64,000 bases of DNA from the NCBI GenBank assembly GCA_050013255.1, contig JBEKFP010000001.1:1216001-1280000 (forward strand), given 5' to 3'. Every line of letters begins with the position of its first letter. The first letter of the stretch is position 1. This document shows positions 46,681 through 56,720 of this stretch, one piece after another. Made by a program: the position numbers and the translations under genes. Below the pieces are notes generated by a model. The model was not told the origin of the DNA and searched no databases. It worked only from the letters and a program-made list of their open reading frames with translations. This DNA comes from Candidatus Bathyarchaeia archaeon (GTDB lineage Archaea; Thermoproteota; Bathyarchaeia; 40CM-2-53-6).

Positions 46681-47868
46681 TTGAGGCGTGTACTTAATCG
46701 CGGCGCGGTTGTTTCTCTCATTCTCTCTAGAACAGCATACGCGATTAATTGGTATAATATTGCTGCAGTATTTGCATTCATAGCCATTGATTTTGGACAA
46801 AATGTTTCGGGCCTTGGCGTATTGACTGCAAGTTTCTACATCGGGCTTGGATTGTTTCAAATCCCGGGAGGAATCGTGGCGGCAAAGTTCGGGCCGAGGA
46901 AAACTGCCATCTACGGAATGCTACTATCCTCTGCCGCTGCAGCTCTTACGGCTTTCACCTTTCAATTCTACCAATTGGTTTTGCTAAGATTCCTAGTGGG
47001 AGTGGGAATGGGTCTATTCTTTGGGCCTGGGGTTACGTTAATCGCCAAAGCATTTCGAGGGGAATCACAGGGGCTCGGGGTGGGAGTCTTCAACGGCGCC
47101 TTCTATGTTGGGTCAGCTTTAGGCCTCTTTGGATGGTCGGTTCTCGCCGAGTTAACCGGTTGGCGACTGAGCATAGCCGCAAGTGGTGGGTTGGGAATTC
47201 TTGGGAGCCTACTTCTTTTGGCTTATCTGCCAAAGGACGAGTTGCGGAAAGAGTTCACTGTTAAGTTGGCAGACCTACGGCGGGTTCTTTCAAGCCGATG
47301 GCTACTCTTGCTCTCGCTCGAACTACTCGGAATTGGTAGCGGCCTAATTCTCGTGAACACCTTCATGATCTACTACCTTGAACAGTCCCTCAAGCTTGGG
47401 CCCACCCCTGCCGGAATAATTGGAGCTCTTAGCCCGCTTTGCGCAGTTTTCGCTTGCCCACTTTTCGGCATCTTATATGATAAGACGAAGAGAACCCGCC
47501 TCCTTCTGTTCATTCTTGGAGCGGTGTTGGCTATCGCCGTCGCAGTAGTCTCAATAGGAACCGTTTACTCTGCAATTGGCGCAAGCCTGATCGCGGGTTC
47601 GAGCAGCGGCGCCTTTACGATAACTTATTTGGCTGCCCGGAAAGTTCGGGCGGCTTCGGCTGAGTACGAGACGCTCGCCGTGAGTTGGGTCAATACCATG
47701 CAGATGTTTGCCGGCTTCTGGTCACCTGTCGTATTTTCCCTGCTCGTCATATCGTTCGGCTACGGGACATCGTGGATGGTTGGGGCGCTGTATACCTTTC
47801 TCTTGATTTCAGTCATTCTAGTGGCCAAGGAGCCGCGGAGTGGCGTGGCTGGTTCTAAGGGTGACTGA
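46681..47868 (+). CDS. MFS transporter
   Basis: GIVAAKFGPRK motif A, LLRFLVGVG, 12 TM helices. Confidence 0.9.
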   Translation: MRRVLNRGAVVSLILSRTAYAINWYNIAAVFAFIAIDFGQNVSGLGVLTASFYIGLGLFQIPGGIVAAKFGPRKTAIYGMLLSSAAAALTAFTFQFYQLVLLRFLVGVGMGLFFGPGVTLIAKAFRGESQGLGVGVFNGAFYVGSALGLFGWSVLAELTGWRLSIAASGGLGILGSLLLLAYLPKDELRKEFTVKLADLRRVLSSRWLLLLSLELLGIGSGLILVNTFMIYYLEQSLKLGPTPAGIIGALSPLCAVFACPLFGILYDKTKRTRLLLFILGAVLAIAVAVVSIGTVYSAIGASLIAGSSSGAFTITYLAARKVRAASAEYETLAVSWVNTMQMFAGFWSPVVFSLLVISFGYGTSWMVGALYTFLLISVILVAKEPRSGVAGSKGD

Positions 47869-47917
47869 CGTACTAAGCTAAGCTCGTAAGAAAGCTAGTT
47901 CGGGGGATTCCTCCAAG

Positions 47918-48718
47918 CTACCCTGTCATTTGTGATGATGCCTGACCCCTTCGCAACGAGTAGAGCAGCAGGCCTTGCAGAGTCAACGCCACAACTACTC
48001 CTAAAGCAAATGTTTGGAATGTGCCCATTGTTACTACGAACGATGCAATTAGGGAAAAGAAAACGGCGGTTGTGAAACACCCGACGATCACGCCGCGAAG
48101 GAATTGCGCACTTGCATCTGGGCCTTCGAATTTGTGAATGAACACCGCCAATATGGTTGCGTAAACTGGGAACGGGGTGAGGAGGCCACTGAAGTGAGGT
48201 CCTAGGAATGTCGCAGTCTCAGTGATGAGGAAGACCATAGCGGTTGCTGAAACTATTCGAGCTGGGATCTCCCATGCCGGAGGCTTGCGAGAACTCCTTC
48301 CAGCCGCGCCTGGGGGCATAACTCTCCAGACAAATGCTAGGAATGCGAGAACACTAACTAAGGACAAGACGAGTGGGGCTGATACAAAATACAAGAACAC
48401 CGACGCAGCGAAGTAGGCTGTGCAGCACCCAACGAAACTAATCCGCCATCTGAACCTGAAAGAAAGCAAACTGTACGCTAGGCAGGAACTTGATAGTGAG
48501 ATCAAGCCCATCAATGTTCCCTGCGCGGCTACCGACGCAAAGTTACTTCCCTGCTCCAATGCCAAGAAGAACAGGACTGGGCCGGAGGTCAGCGGAAGGC
48601 CGATTATCAACCCACCGACGGACGCGCCCCATCGGCGAGTCACGATACTCACCGCGGAAATGAAAATCGGAACACTAACCAGTTTCAGCCCGAGAAACGC
48701 CCACGTGCTCATCAGCAT
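47918..48718 (-). CDS. Hypothetical membrane protein
   Basis: RRWG...GLPLTSGP and GLLTPFP repeated half-domains. Confidence 0.7.
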   Translation of the reverse strand: MLMSTWAFLGLKLVSVPIFISAVSIVTRRWGASVGGLIIGLPLTSGPVLFFLALEQGSNFASVAAQGTLMGLISLSSSCLAYSLLSFRFRWRISFVGCCTAYFAASVFLYFVSAPLVLSLVSVLAFLAFVWRVMPPGAAGRSSRKPPAWEIPARIVSATAMVFLITETATFLGPHFSGLLTPFPVYATILAVFIHKFEGPDASAQFLRGVIVGCFTTAVFFSLIASFVVTMGTFQTFALGVVVALTLQGLLLYSLRRGQASSQMTG

Positions 48719-48842
48719 AGTTTCTTTTCAAAACATGGGGATAGATATTGTTGGGGTTAGATTGCCGCGGGAGCGTTTCCTTAGTCTAAACTGAACCAAG
48801 CAGAGATGAATTATGACGTCCCCTGATATTTGGGGACTAGTA

Positions 48843-49334
48843 ATGTTTGAGATTTCTGAACTCTACGCCTACGCGTCCCGTGTCCGGCGAAGGTTTGCGG
48901 ACAAGCTTGCCGAATTACCTTGGGCAGAGGTTGAGAAGAACAGGGAGGCGAGCTTCTACAGCATGAAGAATATTCTGCTCCATATGGCGGACAATGAGGA
49001 TTGGGTCGTTAACTGGGTTATCCCAGGGCGGGGTGGAGAGTACGTGCGGAGGAAGTGGGCTGAGTATACGAGCATGGGTATGGTGCTCATGCATTTGGAA
49101 GAGGTTGAGGGGAGAACTCGGGCTTGGCTCCCGGGCTTGGATGAGAAAGCTTTGAAGCGGAAGGTGAACTTCACGCTCTCCTCGGGAGCAACCTTCGACC
49201 TCACGGTTGAAGAATGCCTCATCCAATCTTTCACCGAGCAAATGTATCATATGGGCGAATTGATCGCGTTAATGTGGCAGGACAATGTTGAACCGCCTCA
49301 GATGCAATGGTTCTGGAATAACCCTAGAACCTAG
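48843..49334 (+). CDS. DinB/YfiT family protein
   Basis: SMKNILLH...EQMYHMGEL. Confidence 0.8.
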   Translation: MFEISELYAYASRVRRRFADKLAELPWAEVEKNREASFYSMKNILLHMADNEDWVVNWVIPGRGGEYVRRKWAEYTSMGMVLMHLEEVEGRTRAWLPGLDEKALKRKVNFTLSSGATFDLTVEECLIQSFTEQMYHMGELIALMWQDNVEPPQMQWFWNNPRT

Positions 49335-49370
49335 GAATATGACACTGAATGGTAGTGGGGGTAGGCTCCT

Positions 49371-49500
49371 TTGGCTCAAACTACTTCGAAACTTTTGGTT
49401 TTCCTCGCAGATGAGTAATGGCAGGCGTTCTTGTCCGATGAGCCGGTCTTCGCGATTGCCCTTGGCGACCGGCGGTACGACGACAAGCTCCCAGACATAA
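49371..49500 (+). pseudogene. DUF885 family N-terminal relic
   Basis: LADE*WQAFLSDEPVFAIALGDRRYDDKLPD, with TAA at 49416. Confidence 0.6.
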
Positions 49501-49503
49501 GGT

Positions 49504-50568
49504 CTAGATTCGAGAGTATATGTTCGAGGTTCCTGTACCTCTACTTTGGATTTCTTGCTCGATCTGTCTCAGCAGGAGTATTCTTTTGAATGTTGGCGGG
49601 TGTGTGGCGAAGGCTTCGTTGATGGAACGCCAATGGGACTTTGCCTCTTCCTCCATCGCCAATTCAAGTTCATGTTCATCAAGCACGCCATTGTGATCTA
49701 GATCGTACTTGCTCTTTTGTTGTATAATCCCAGCAACTTCCTGTTTAGCTAACGCAGGGTCCGCGATGAAGAGCGCACGGGCGCCGTGGGTATCCTGCGG
49801 GGCTATGGACAGGCCGTACGTTATCCTCGTAAGCGCACTCTCTAGGTTCCTAGGCGATTCCGTCAGGTAAGCTGAGAAGACGTCCGCGAAACTCTCCCGA
49901 AGTCGGCTAAGGCGAAGGACCAGGAGTTGGGAAATGAAATAGACCGCCAAAGCAACAATCCCAGCCAGAAGAATGTATGCAAACCCATTTTCGCGTTCGC
50001 CCCTCCGGCCGCTTCCACCGTATACTTGGAAGCCAAAAGCCGCCCGAACCACAACATAGGCGATCAACGGGATCGCAGACATGAATGTCATCACGATCGA
50101 ATCCTTATGCCGCACGTGGCCGAGCTCATGCGCAATCACCCCTCGAATCTCATCTTCGCTCAGCTGCGATAGCAGGCCCTGGTGCACGGCCAAAGTCATA
50201 TTCGAGGATGAGTTGCCGAAGACGAAAGCGTTGGGCGTCTGGTCGGGAACAATCGCCAAGCGCGGTTGCTTCACGCCCGCTTCCTGGGCCAGCTTCCCTA
50301 CGGTCTGTTCCAACCAAGCATTCTCGCCAGGCCGCAAATATCGCAGCCGAGTCGTTAACCGAACAATAGACGGGCTAATGGCGAATTGGATCAACATGAA
50401 AATCAAAGCCAAAACAAGAGCCCCCGAAAGTATTCCTACCGGCGAGAAATCCACGCCCACCGCAGCGCTAATGAAGACTGAGACTACGGCGATAAAGGCG
50501 ACAAAGATGAAGAGCGTAATGATTACGGTCGAATACATGGTGCCTTTGAGTTGTCCTAAATTCGCCAA
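49504..50568 (-). CDS. htpX: HtpX family M48 zinc metalloprotease
   Basis: PNAFV, AHELGH, SRLRESFAD, THPP. Confidence 0.93.
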   Translation of the reverse strand: MANLGQLKGTMYSTVIITLFIFVAFIAVVSVFISAAVGVDFSPVGILSGALVLALIFMLIQFAISPSIVRLTTRLRYLRPGENAWLEQTVGKLAQEAGVKQPRLAIVPDQTPNAFVFGNSSSNMTLAVHQGLLSQLSEDEIRGVIAHELGHVRHKDSIVMTFMSAIPLIAYVVVRAAFGFQVYGGSGRRGERENGFAYILLAGIVALAVYFISQLLVLRLSRLRESFADVFSAYLTESPRNLESALTRITYGLSIAPQDTHGARALFIADPALAKQEVAGIIQQKSKYDLDHNGVLDEHELELAMEEEAKSHWRSINEAFATHPPTFKRILLLRQIEQEIQSRGTGTSNIYSRI

Positions 50569-50653
50569 TGCCTATCAGGCCTCTAGTTTCCGCTTGCGAG
50601 GAGAAATAGAGACCATTAAACATTAGCTCTCACAAACCACGGAAGGATTAGGC

Positions 50654-51409
50654 TTGGTTGCGATCACGAAGGAAGTAGCCTGCCCTCACTGTGCAGCACC
50701 TCTACAGGTCCAGCCTGGAGAGATTATCGTAACCTGCAAGTATTGCGGGTTCACAAGCTTCATTGAGACCGGCAAGGCCTTCGAGTTCGAGCACTCTCTT
50801 ATCCTCAACTCAATTCAGGCACCTCAGGTTTTCAAACTGGTTCAAAGCTGGATGACCAACAGCTTCATTGCCTCAAAGGACCTACAGAAGAAATCCGCAC
50901 TCGCAGAACAGAATTTGACCTACCTCCCTATCTGGGTCGTCAGCGCCGAGGCCCAAACACACTACAAAGGCATCATAGAACGAATCGCACCGCCCGCGCA
51001 GCAAGAAGGCGACATCTCTGACCGATACGACTGGCTGGTGTTGGCTAGGAGGCAGAGCAACTTCCCAATCCGCTCCTACCACCTTTCCCTAGCTGGAAAG
51101 ATTCCTTTCGATGCGGCCAGAATAGAAAGCGGTGCGAAAATCCTAAACAGCGAGATGGATTCCGACGAGGCAGTTGCGCAGGCACGGGACGAAATTGAGC
51201 ATCTGCACGAATACCTTGCCAAAGAGAAAATCGACCGGATCGAAGACACTAAGACCTCGTTCAACGTAGCAAGTAGCTTCTACCTACACGCTCCCGTTTG
51301 GTTCGTGACCTACGTCTACAAGAATTCCCGATACCAAGTCCTGCTTGACGGTTCCTCATCGGAAGTAATCACGGGAGACTTGCCCAGCACAGATTTCAAA
51401 ATGCTCTAA
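50654..51409 (+). CDS. Zinc-ribbon protein (YdjG-like)
   Basis: CPHC..CKYC, YLPIW, HAPVWFVTY...LLDG. Confidence 0.7.
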   Translation: MVAITKEVACPHCAAPLQVQPGEIIVTCKYCGFTSFIETGKAFEFEHSLILNSIQAPQVFKLVQSWMTNSFIASKDLQKKSALAEQNLTYLPIWVVSAEAQTHYKGIIERIAPPAQQEGDISDRYDWLVLARRQSNFPIRSYHLSLAGKIPFDAARIESGAKILNSEMDSDEAVAQARDEIEHLHEYLAKEKIDRIEDTKTSFNVASSFYLHAPVWFVTYVYKNSRYQVLLDGSSSEVITGDLPSTDFKML

Positions 51410-51470
51410 TTCTATTCAAAGATGATGAATCCTTAAAAGCCAAGCCAGACGTGAGTTGAGGAGAATTTCC

Positions 51471-52007
51471 ATGGCCGCAAAAACGCCACTCGAACGAGTA
51501 CAGGAAAGCGACAGGCCCCTAGAACGTATAATGCTGCAGCTCCCTGGCTTCCGTGGATACAAGGTTAGGGAGGAAAGAAGGGAAGCGGACAGAATCGTAA
51601 GGGACTACACCTACCGTGCCCTCAAAGGCGCACGAGACGACCTCATGGGCTGCTTCCAGTTGCTCAGTAACGCCGGGACGCCGGAGTTAATGGAGCCCAC
51701 AAACCAGCTCATCGCAAAGTTGGACCGAGTTGCGGAGAAGGTAAACCGCGCCTCATACGGGTACAGCGGGTTCTTTGACTCCGTACGCATCGAAGCCCCT
51801 CAGCTAGATCAAATGGTGGCCTACGACACGCAGATGATTGAGGCTGCGCGAAAATTGGCTGATTCAATTTCAAGCTTCAAAATGCAACTTAGTCAGGGAA
51901 AATTCGAAGATACTCGGAACGTGGAAAGTGGTCTGGGGACTTCAATCTTGCAACTTGAAGCCACGTTTGACAAACGTAAGCAGGTAATCGAAGGGGTGGC
52001 CGTCTAA
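51471..52007 (+). CDS. Conserved all-helical hypothetical protein
   Basis: LPGFRGY..REERREAD, YGYSGFFD; stop overlaps the SPFH start (TAATG). Confidence 0.7.
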   Translation: MAAKTPLERVQESDRPLERIMLQLPGFRGYKVREERREADRIVRDYTYRALKGARDDLMGCFQLLSNAGTPELMEPTNQLIAKLDRVAEKVNRASYGYSGFFDSVRIEAPQLDQMVAYDTQMIEAARKLADSISSFKMQLSQGKFEDTRNVESGLGTSILQLEATFDKRKQVIEGVAV

Positions 52008-52990
52008 TGCCTCAAGTTTTAGAATGGGTCAACGCGGGTCCCGACGATATTGTGTACCGTTACCCGGACGAGAACATTATGTGGGGGGCGCAACTGGTCG
52101 TTCACGAGTACGAGTACGCTGTTTTCTTCCGCGACGGCAAAAGCTACGACACCTTCGGCCCGGGGAGGCACACGCTAACAACACTCAACCTGCCTCTCAT
52201 TACGAAAGTTTTGTCCAGGATCGCGGGTTTTCAACAGACACCCTTCAAGGCGAACGTTATCTTCGTCTCCAACAAGCAGTTCGTAGGAAAATTCGGCAAC
52301 AGAGCCCAAACAACCGAACTTGCCCCGCTTATGACCTTCGGTTCTTTCTGGTTCAGGGTTGAAGACGCATCCATTTTCGTTAACGAGGTTGTGGGTGGGC
52401 AGAATGCGTATACCACAGCGGATGTCAACAATTTCCTGCGCGGATTCGTCAACGAAAAAATGATCGACGCACTCTCCAAGTACGACCTTCAGACCGTATT
52501 CACTAAGCTTGACGAGACGTCAAATGAGGTGAAAGCCAACCTTGTCGACTACTTCAAACGAATAGGGGTTCAGATGATCGACCTCAAGTTTGAAGGAATC
52601 GACACTACGCCCGAATTCCGGGACAGGTTGTTCTGGTTGAAAACAGGCCGCGTGTCACCTGACGAGGTCATTAGGATGGAGACCGTAAAGGACGCTGCCG
52701 CGTCTTTAGGTAAATCTACGGGCGGGGGTGCAGCCTTCGGCGCCGGCATGGTCCTCGTCCCACCACTATTCCAAACATCAGGCGGAACAGCCCCTGCCAT
52801 TGCATTAGTCGTTTGCCCCAACTGTCAAGCACACATTCCCTCAACGTCGAAGTTCTGTCCCAACTGCGGCACAAGCATTAGTTCCGAAACGCAGCCCACC
52901 GCCGCTCCAGGAAAGAAATGTCCCAAGTGCAACAGCGTGGCCGCCGCAGGCGCAACCTTCTGCCAAAACTGCGGAGCCAAACTTCCCTAA
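52007..52990 (+). CDS. SPFH/band-7 domain protein with double zinc ribbon (YdjI-like)
   Basis: AVFFRDGK...FGPGRHTLTTLNLP; four C-terminal CxxC pairs. Confidence 0.88.
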   Translation: MPQVLEWVNAGPDDIVYRYPDENIMWGAQLVVHEYEYAVFFRDGKSYDTFGPGRHTLTTLNLPLITKVLSRIAGFQQTPFKANVIFVSNKQFVGKFGNRAQTTELAPLMTFGSFWFRVEDASIFVNEVVGGQNAYTTADVNNFLRGFVNEKMIDALSKYDLQTVFTKLDETSNEVKANLVDYFKRIGVQMIDLKFEGIDTTPEFRDRLFWLKTGRVSPDEVIRMETVKDAAASLGKSTGGGAAFGAGMVLVPPLFQTSGGTAPAIALVVCPNCQAHIPSTSKFCPNCGTSISSETQPTAAPGKKCPKCNSVAAAGATFCQNCGAKLP

Positions 52991-53018
52991 AGGACCATAA
53001 CAAGGGAAAAGTGTCGAT

Positions 53019-53465
53019 TCAGCCGCGGATATGAATTAAGCGTCCTAACTCCCAACGTTTCCTCTCCGCATCGTCACCTCGAGCGATCTGGGGTTCCGTT
53101 GGGTTGGCAATGTCTCGAATCGCCTTGGCCTTAATTATTTCCCAATGATCAGAAAGCTGGTAGCCTCGAACGTCGACAAATTCCCAGCCGAGTTTCTTGT
53201 ACATGGTCTTTGCAATCGCCCTGCCAACTGCTTCACTTCCCACACCGATGGCCTCGTACAAGACCCTGAGGAACTCGCCGAGGCGGTCAGGAATCTCCGT
53301 TCTCCCCATGTGGTATTGTCGTTCTAGATGATCATAGAGCGCCTCTCTGACACGAGTTCCGAGAATGTCACTTAGACTATCATCGATGGATTCGAGCAGC
53401 AACGCCGTAGGGTAGCCTTTGAGGACCGGACTGAAAACGGCTTCCTCGCGCTCTTCGAGTGACAA
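53019..53465 (-). CDS. Hypothetical protein (DUF3227-like)
   Basis: LLESIDDSL..LG..VREALYDHLE...IP...F...L. Confidence 0.6.
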   Translation of the reverse strand: MSLEEREEAVFSPVLKGYPTALLLESIDDSLSDILGTRVREALYDHLERQYHMGRTEIPDRLGEFLRVLYEAIGVGSEAVGRAIAKTMYKKLGWEFVDVRGYQLSDHWEIIKAKAIRDIANPTEPQIARGDDAERKRWELGRLIHIRG

Positions 53466-53839
53466 AGTGAACTCTATAATCAGACCTGTGAACTAATCAT
53501 TGAATATAGCGTCACTGCAGACAATTGGGTGCAGTGACATCGCCATGAAATAGCCCAACTTCCTCTATCTACGCTTGACTATACCTAGATTACCTTACAG
53601 TTTGGCGAGGCGGGCTCGTACTGGGCAATGCGCTCTAGGTTGTAGGCACACCTCCCGCACACATTGTGCCCGCACTTCTGGCTAAGGCTAGAATGCAAAG
53701 GCTGCAAGGAAACTCAATTACGACTCAGATGGTCTGGCTAAATGTACTTCTTGCGGGCTCGAGGCTAAGCAGCTTTTTTGCTGACACTTCCGAATGCAAT
53801 TCTGTAGATTTGAGCTAGCGCGAAGTAGAGTCCTAACCT

Positions 53840-54115
53840 TTGAACAGTGTCAACAAGGCCCGGCAGTCGGGTAGAAAATCTCAGGTTCAGATAAGATTCG
53901 AAATTCTCGAATTCCTATTCTACAATGCAGGTTCCCATTCTAGGACTTCTCTTTGGCGGCGGGCGACTCAATTATCATACGACGATTTCCAAAAATATTT
54001 GGAATATCTGAAACAGAAGGGATTCGTCGAAGAAACAGGTGATGGGATTCGCCTAGCCACATCAGGAAAGGACGTTTACCTGAAACTGAGGGAAACACTG
54101 CCCTCGATACTCTAG
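53840..54115 (+). CDS. Winged-helix transcriptional regulator (HTH_45-like)
   Basis: RKSQVQIRFEILE...LSYDDFQKYLEYLKQKG. Confidence 0.8.
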   Translation: MNSVNKARQSGRKSQVQIRFEILEFLFYNAGSHSRTSLWRRATQLSYDDFQKYLEYLKQKGFVEETGDGIRLATSGKDVYLKLRETLPSIL

Positions 54116-54122
54116 AGCGGGT

Positions 54123-54584
54123 ATGTGCACCAATGGTGAGCTATTCCTATACCACGAACCAGGCAAATTACCGGGGAAGTTGACTATGACAGAGAAGCGA
54201 GACGAATACCCCGTTACGACTTTGCATCGGTTCCTGGAGGAAGCTTCGAAAGAGTTCAAACGATTCCGTTTCCAAGCCAAAGTGAACCTCATAGGGTCGA
54301 TCATCTTACTGGTCCTCGTTTCACGTTTCCTCCTCTTCGCTTTCATAAGTTTCGGGCCACCACCGTTTAACGAGGAACGTACCTTCAACCCCGGTCGTCC
54401 ACCTTCAATGATGCACTTTTTCCTGCCAGATTGGCTACTTCTGTTCGCGTCTCTCGCTGCGGTCCTCTGGTCGCTCGACGTTTGGATCAGTCAGCGCAAA
54501 TTCGTTTCCCGGTGGGGTGGGAGATTCGAGAAACTCGAGGCGTTGGAAAGGCGGTTCCTTCACGACGACACGCCCCAGAGTTAA
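54123..54584 (+). CDS. Hypothetical 2-TM protein
   Basis: Two TM helices, WGGRFEKL tail; start may be ~54186. Confidence 0.6.
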   Translation: MCTNGELFLYHEPGKLPGKLTMTEKRDEYPVTTLHRFLEEASKEFKRFRFQAKVNLIGSIILLVLVSRFLLFAFISFGPPPFNEERTFNPGRPPSMMHFFLPDWLLLFASLAAVLWSLDVWISQRKFVSRWGGRFEKLEALERRFLHDDTPQS

Positions 54585-54996
54585 TGCAATTGGAATCACA
54601 GTGATGCCTGGGCTCGGTTCACTTTTTGTTTCCTCAACTTCCTTGAAAGTCCGGTATGGCCTCTTGGTGTAAGTTGCAATAATGCCGCTTCAGCCGTAGC
54701 TTTGTGCTAAACCTTCTTTCACACAGAACGCATGTGTAGACTCCAATGATTGGCCTGAAACATGCGGCACGATGCCTTTGTTGCTGGTACATCTCGGTCA
54801 ATTCTTGCACTGAAATCTGACGAGTGACGTGGCTGGCTTATAATTGGGATTCATCTCCGGTGTGCACCAAGAATTTTCCTTGGGCATCGTCTAACGGTTT
54901 CCACTGTTAACCTCTGGTGCATACCAGAAGTGCCGCCTGTTTAAATCGCGAAGTCGCGGGGTTACGCAGTGTCGGTATGAGAGGTGATTAGCAGAA

Positions 54997-55206
54997 ATGA
55001 ATTTCGCAGAAACCATTTTGCAGGCAGCGTCGCATGGCCAATTCCCAATGCAGAGAGGGCCCCTTCCCATGCAAAATCCGTGGTTCGGTGCCTTCGGAGT
55101 AATCGCATTCGCTCAGCTACTGCTAGCCTTTGCAGCAGTCGCGGCACTTGTCTTCGTTGCTTGGAAGGTTGGCGGCTACTACGATGCCTTGAGGAAAAAA
55201 CTCTAA
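54997..55206 (+). CDS. Small membrane protein
   Basis: GAGGTGA Shine-Dalgarno upstream; one long TM. Confidence 0.55.
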   Translation: MNFAETILQAASHGQFPMQRGPLPMQNPWFGAFGVIAFAQLLLAFAAVAALVFVAWKVGGYYDALRKKL

Positions 55207-55390
55207 ATGGCAAGCGCTCGTGCTTGAGAGATAAATTCCTCTTTCCCTCTTTTCATTGTGGGTACTTATGCTCAGCTTCCGCGTGTTAATCACATTCGAT
55301 GGCATCTGCATACGATGCAGGTGAGTGAAAAAAGGAGAGCTGATGAACCAGGGTGCTCCAGGTTCATCGAGTTGGATCCGGAGGCTTCGT

Positions 55391-55810
55391 TTACTTGAAC
55401 TTCTTGAGGTTCGCGTTATCCTCGTTGAAGACCATTTCAAACATGCCCAAGACTGCTTTCTTGGTTGAAGCCTCATCCATGCCTTGCGCTACGAATTCGC
55501 CTTCAACTTCGACCTTAGTCTTTTCGCCCATTGGGGTGTAGGTGTGCGTATGCTTTGAGCCTTTCATTGGCCCAGAGAGCACTTCAGTTGACATTGATTT
55601 GGGGGGGCTCATGGTGATCTTCCATGATTCCGTGTGCTTAGATCCGTCTGGGTTTTTGACTTCAAGGTCGAGTGTCAATCCGTTCGCTGATTGGTCTCGC
55701 ATGCCTGCTACTTTGACCGCGCTGTGGGAATGTGCGTGCTCGTCGTTGATGTATCTCCAGATTTTTTCAACAGGGGCGTCGAAAACGCCATCGTCTTTTA
55801 TGTGAACCAT
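55391..55810 (-). CDS. SRPBCC (START-like) family protein
   Basis: FDAPVEKIW, SGPMKGS, C-terminal helix. Confidence 0.8.
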   Translation of the reverse strand: MVHIKDDGVFDAPVEKIWRYINDEHAHSHSAVKVAGMRDQSANGLTLDLEVKNPDGSKHTESWKITMSPPKSMSTEVLSGPMKGSKHTHTYTPMGEKTKVEVEGEFVAQGMDEASTKKAVLGMFEMVFNEDNANLKKFK

Positions 55811-56066
55811 TTTCGTTCATCAGTACATTACATATGACATGAATTTAACCATTGTAAAGGCTTCAAGCTCTTTCCATATGACCAACCATGCACGGGAATA
55901 GTCGTTCGTTCTGTCTATGACTCGCGCCGCTTTGCCTTCGATATGGATGCCGAAAGCAAGCAAGGTTCTATTGAAGATTGAGTCGGAGACATGACAGATT
56001 TTCCTCTTCTCACTCTATGCGGAAGCGAATTATGTGGCTTGAAGGTAGTCTAGTTTTCGTGTTCAA

Positions 56067-56720
56067 ATGGGCGACGAGAAGTTCGAAATCGACCTCGGGA
56101 ATCTTCTCACAAGACTCATCCCTGACAAGAACGGCTCGGCATTCACCAAGCTGGACGCTATCAAGGCGAAGCTGGTTAGGATGCACGATCAGAATCTGGT
56201 GAAAATCAACCACTCGGCTATGGAGATCATCTGTGCTAAGGATTTGATTATGAGGGGATATGATGTCGATGTTGAACATCGCTTGGAAGAATCCCTTGTC
56301 TGCGATCTGCTGGGGATCAAGGGTGACGGTAGGGCTATAGTTGAAATTGAGACGGGGTTCGTACCCCCAGAGCATGCATTGGACCCTACAGCATTTTGTT
56401 CGGCCAAGATTGCCAGCAAGATAGCTAGGTACAGCAAATTCGCTGACAAATTTACCCTAGCTTCGCCGCTCTACCAAATCCTGCCCATCCCCCTAACCTT
56501 CCTGAAACCCCCAAGAGTGAGAGAGCCCGAGGAGGTGAGGGAGACGAAGAGGCTATGCGACCGCTACTACGACAATCCACCCATACCCCTGAACGAGATA
56601 ACCACAGGCAGACTTCACTCGCTCTCCTTCATTGACGTGGACGCAGGAACAGTAAGGGAGGTCGACCCTGAAACCTACGCGGAATCGCTGCTCGGCATGT
56701 GGGATAAGATAAGGCAGTAA
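56067..56720 (+). CDS. Conserved archaeal protein with a PD-(D/E)XK-like motif
   Basis: VEH...VCD...IVEIETG. Confidence 0.65.
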   Translation: MGDEKFEIDLGNLLTRLIPDKNGSAFTKLDAIKAKLVRMHDQNLVKINHSAMEIICAKDLIMRGYDVDVEHRLEESLVCDLLGIKGDGRAIVEIETGFVPPEHALDPTAFCSAKIASKIARYSKFADKFTLASPLYQILPIPLTFLKPPRVREPEEVRETKRLCDRYYDNPPIPLNEITTGRLHSLSFIDVDAGTVREVDPETYAESLLGMWDKIRQ

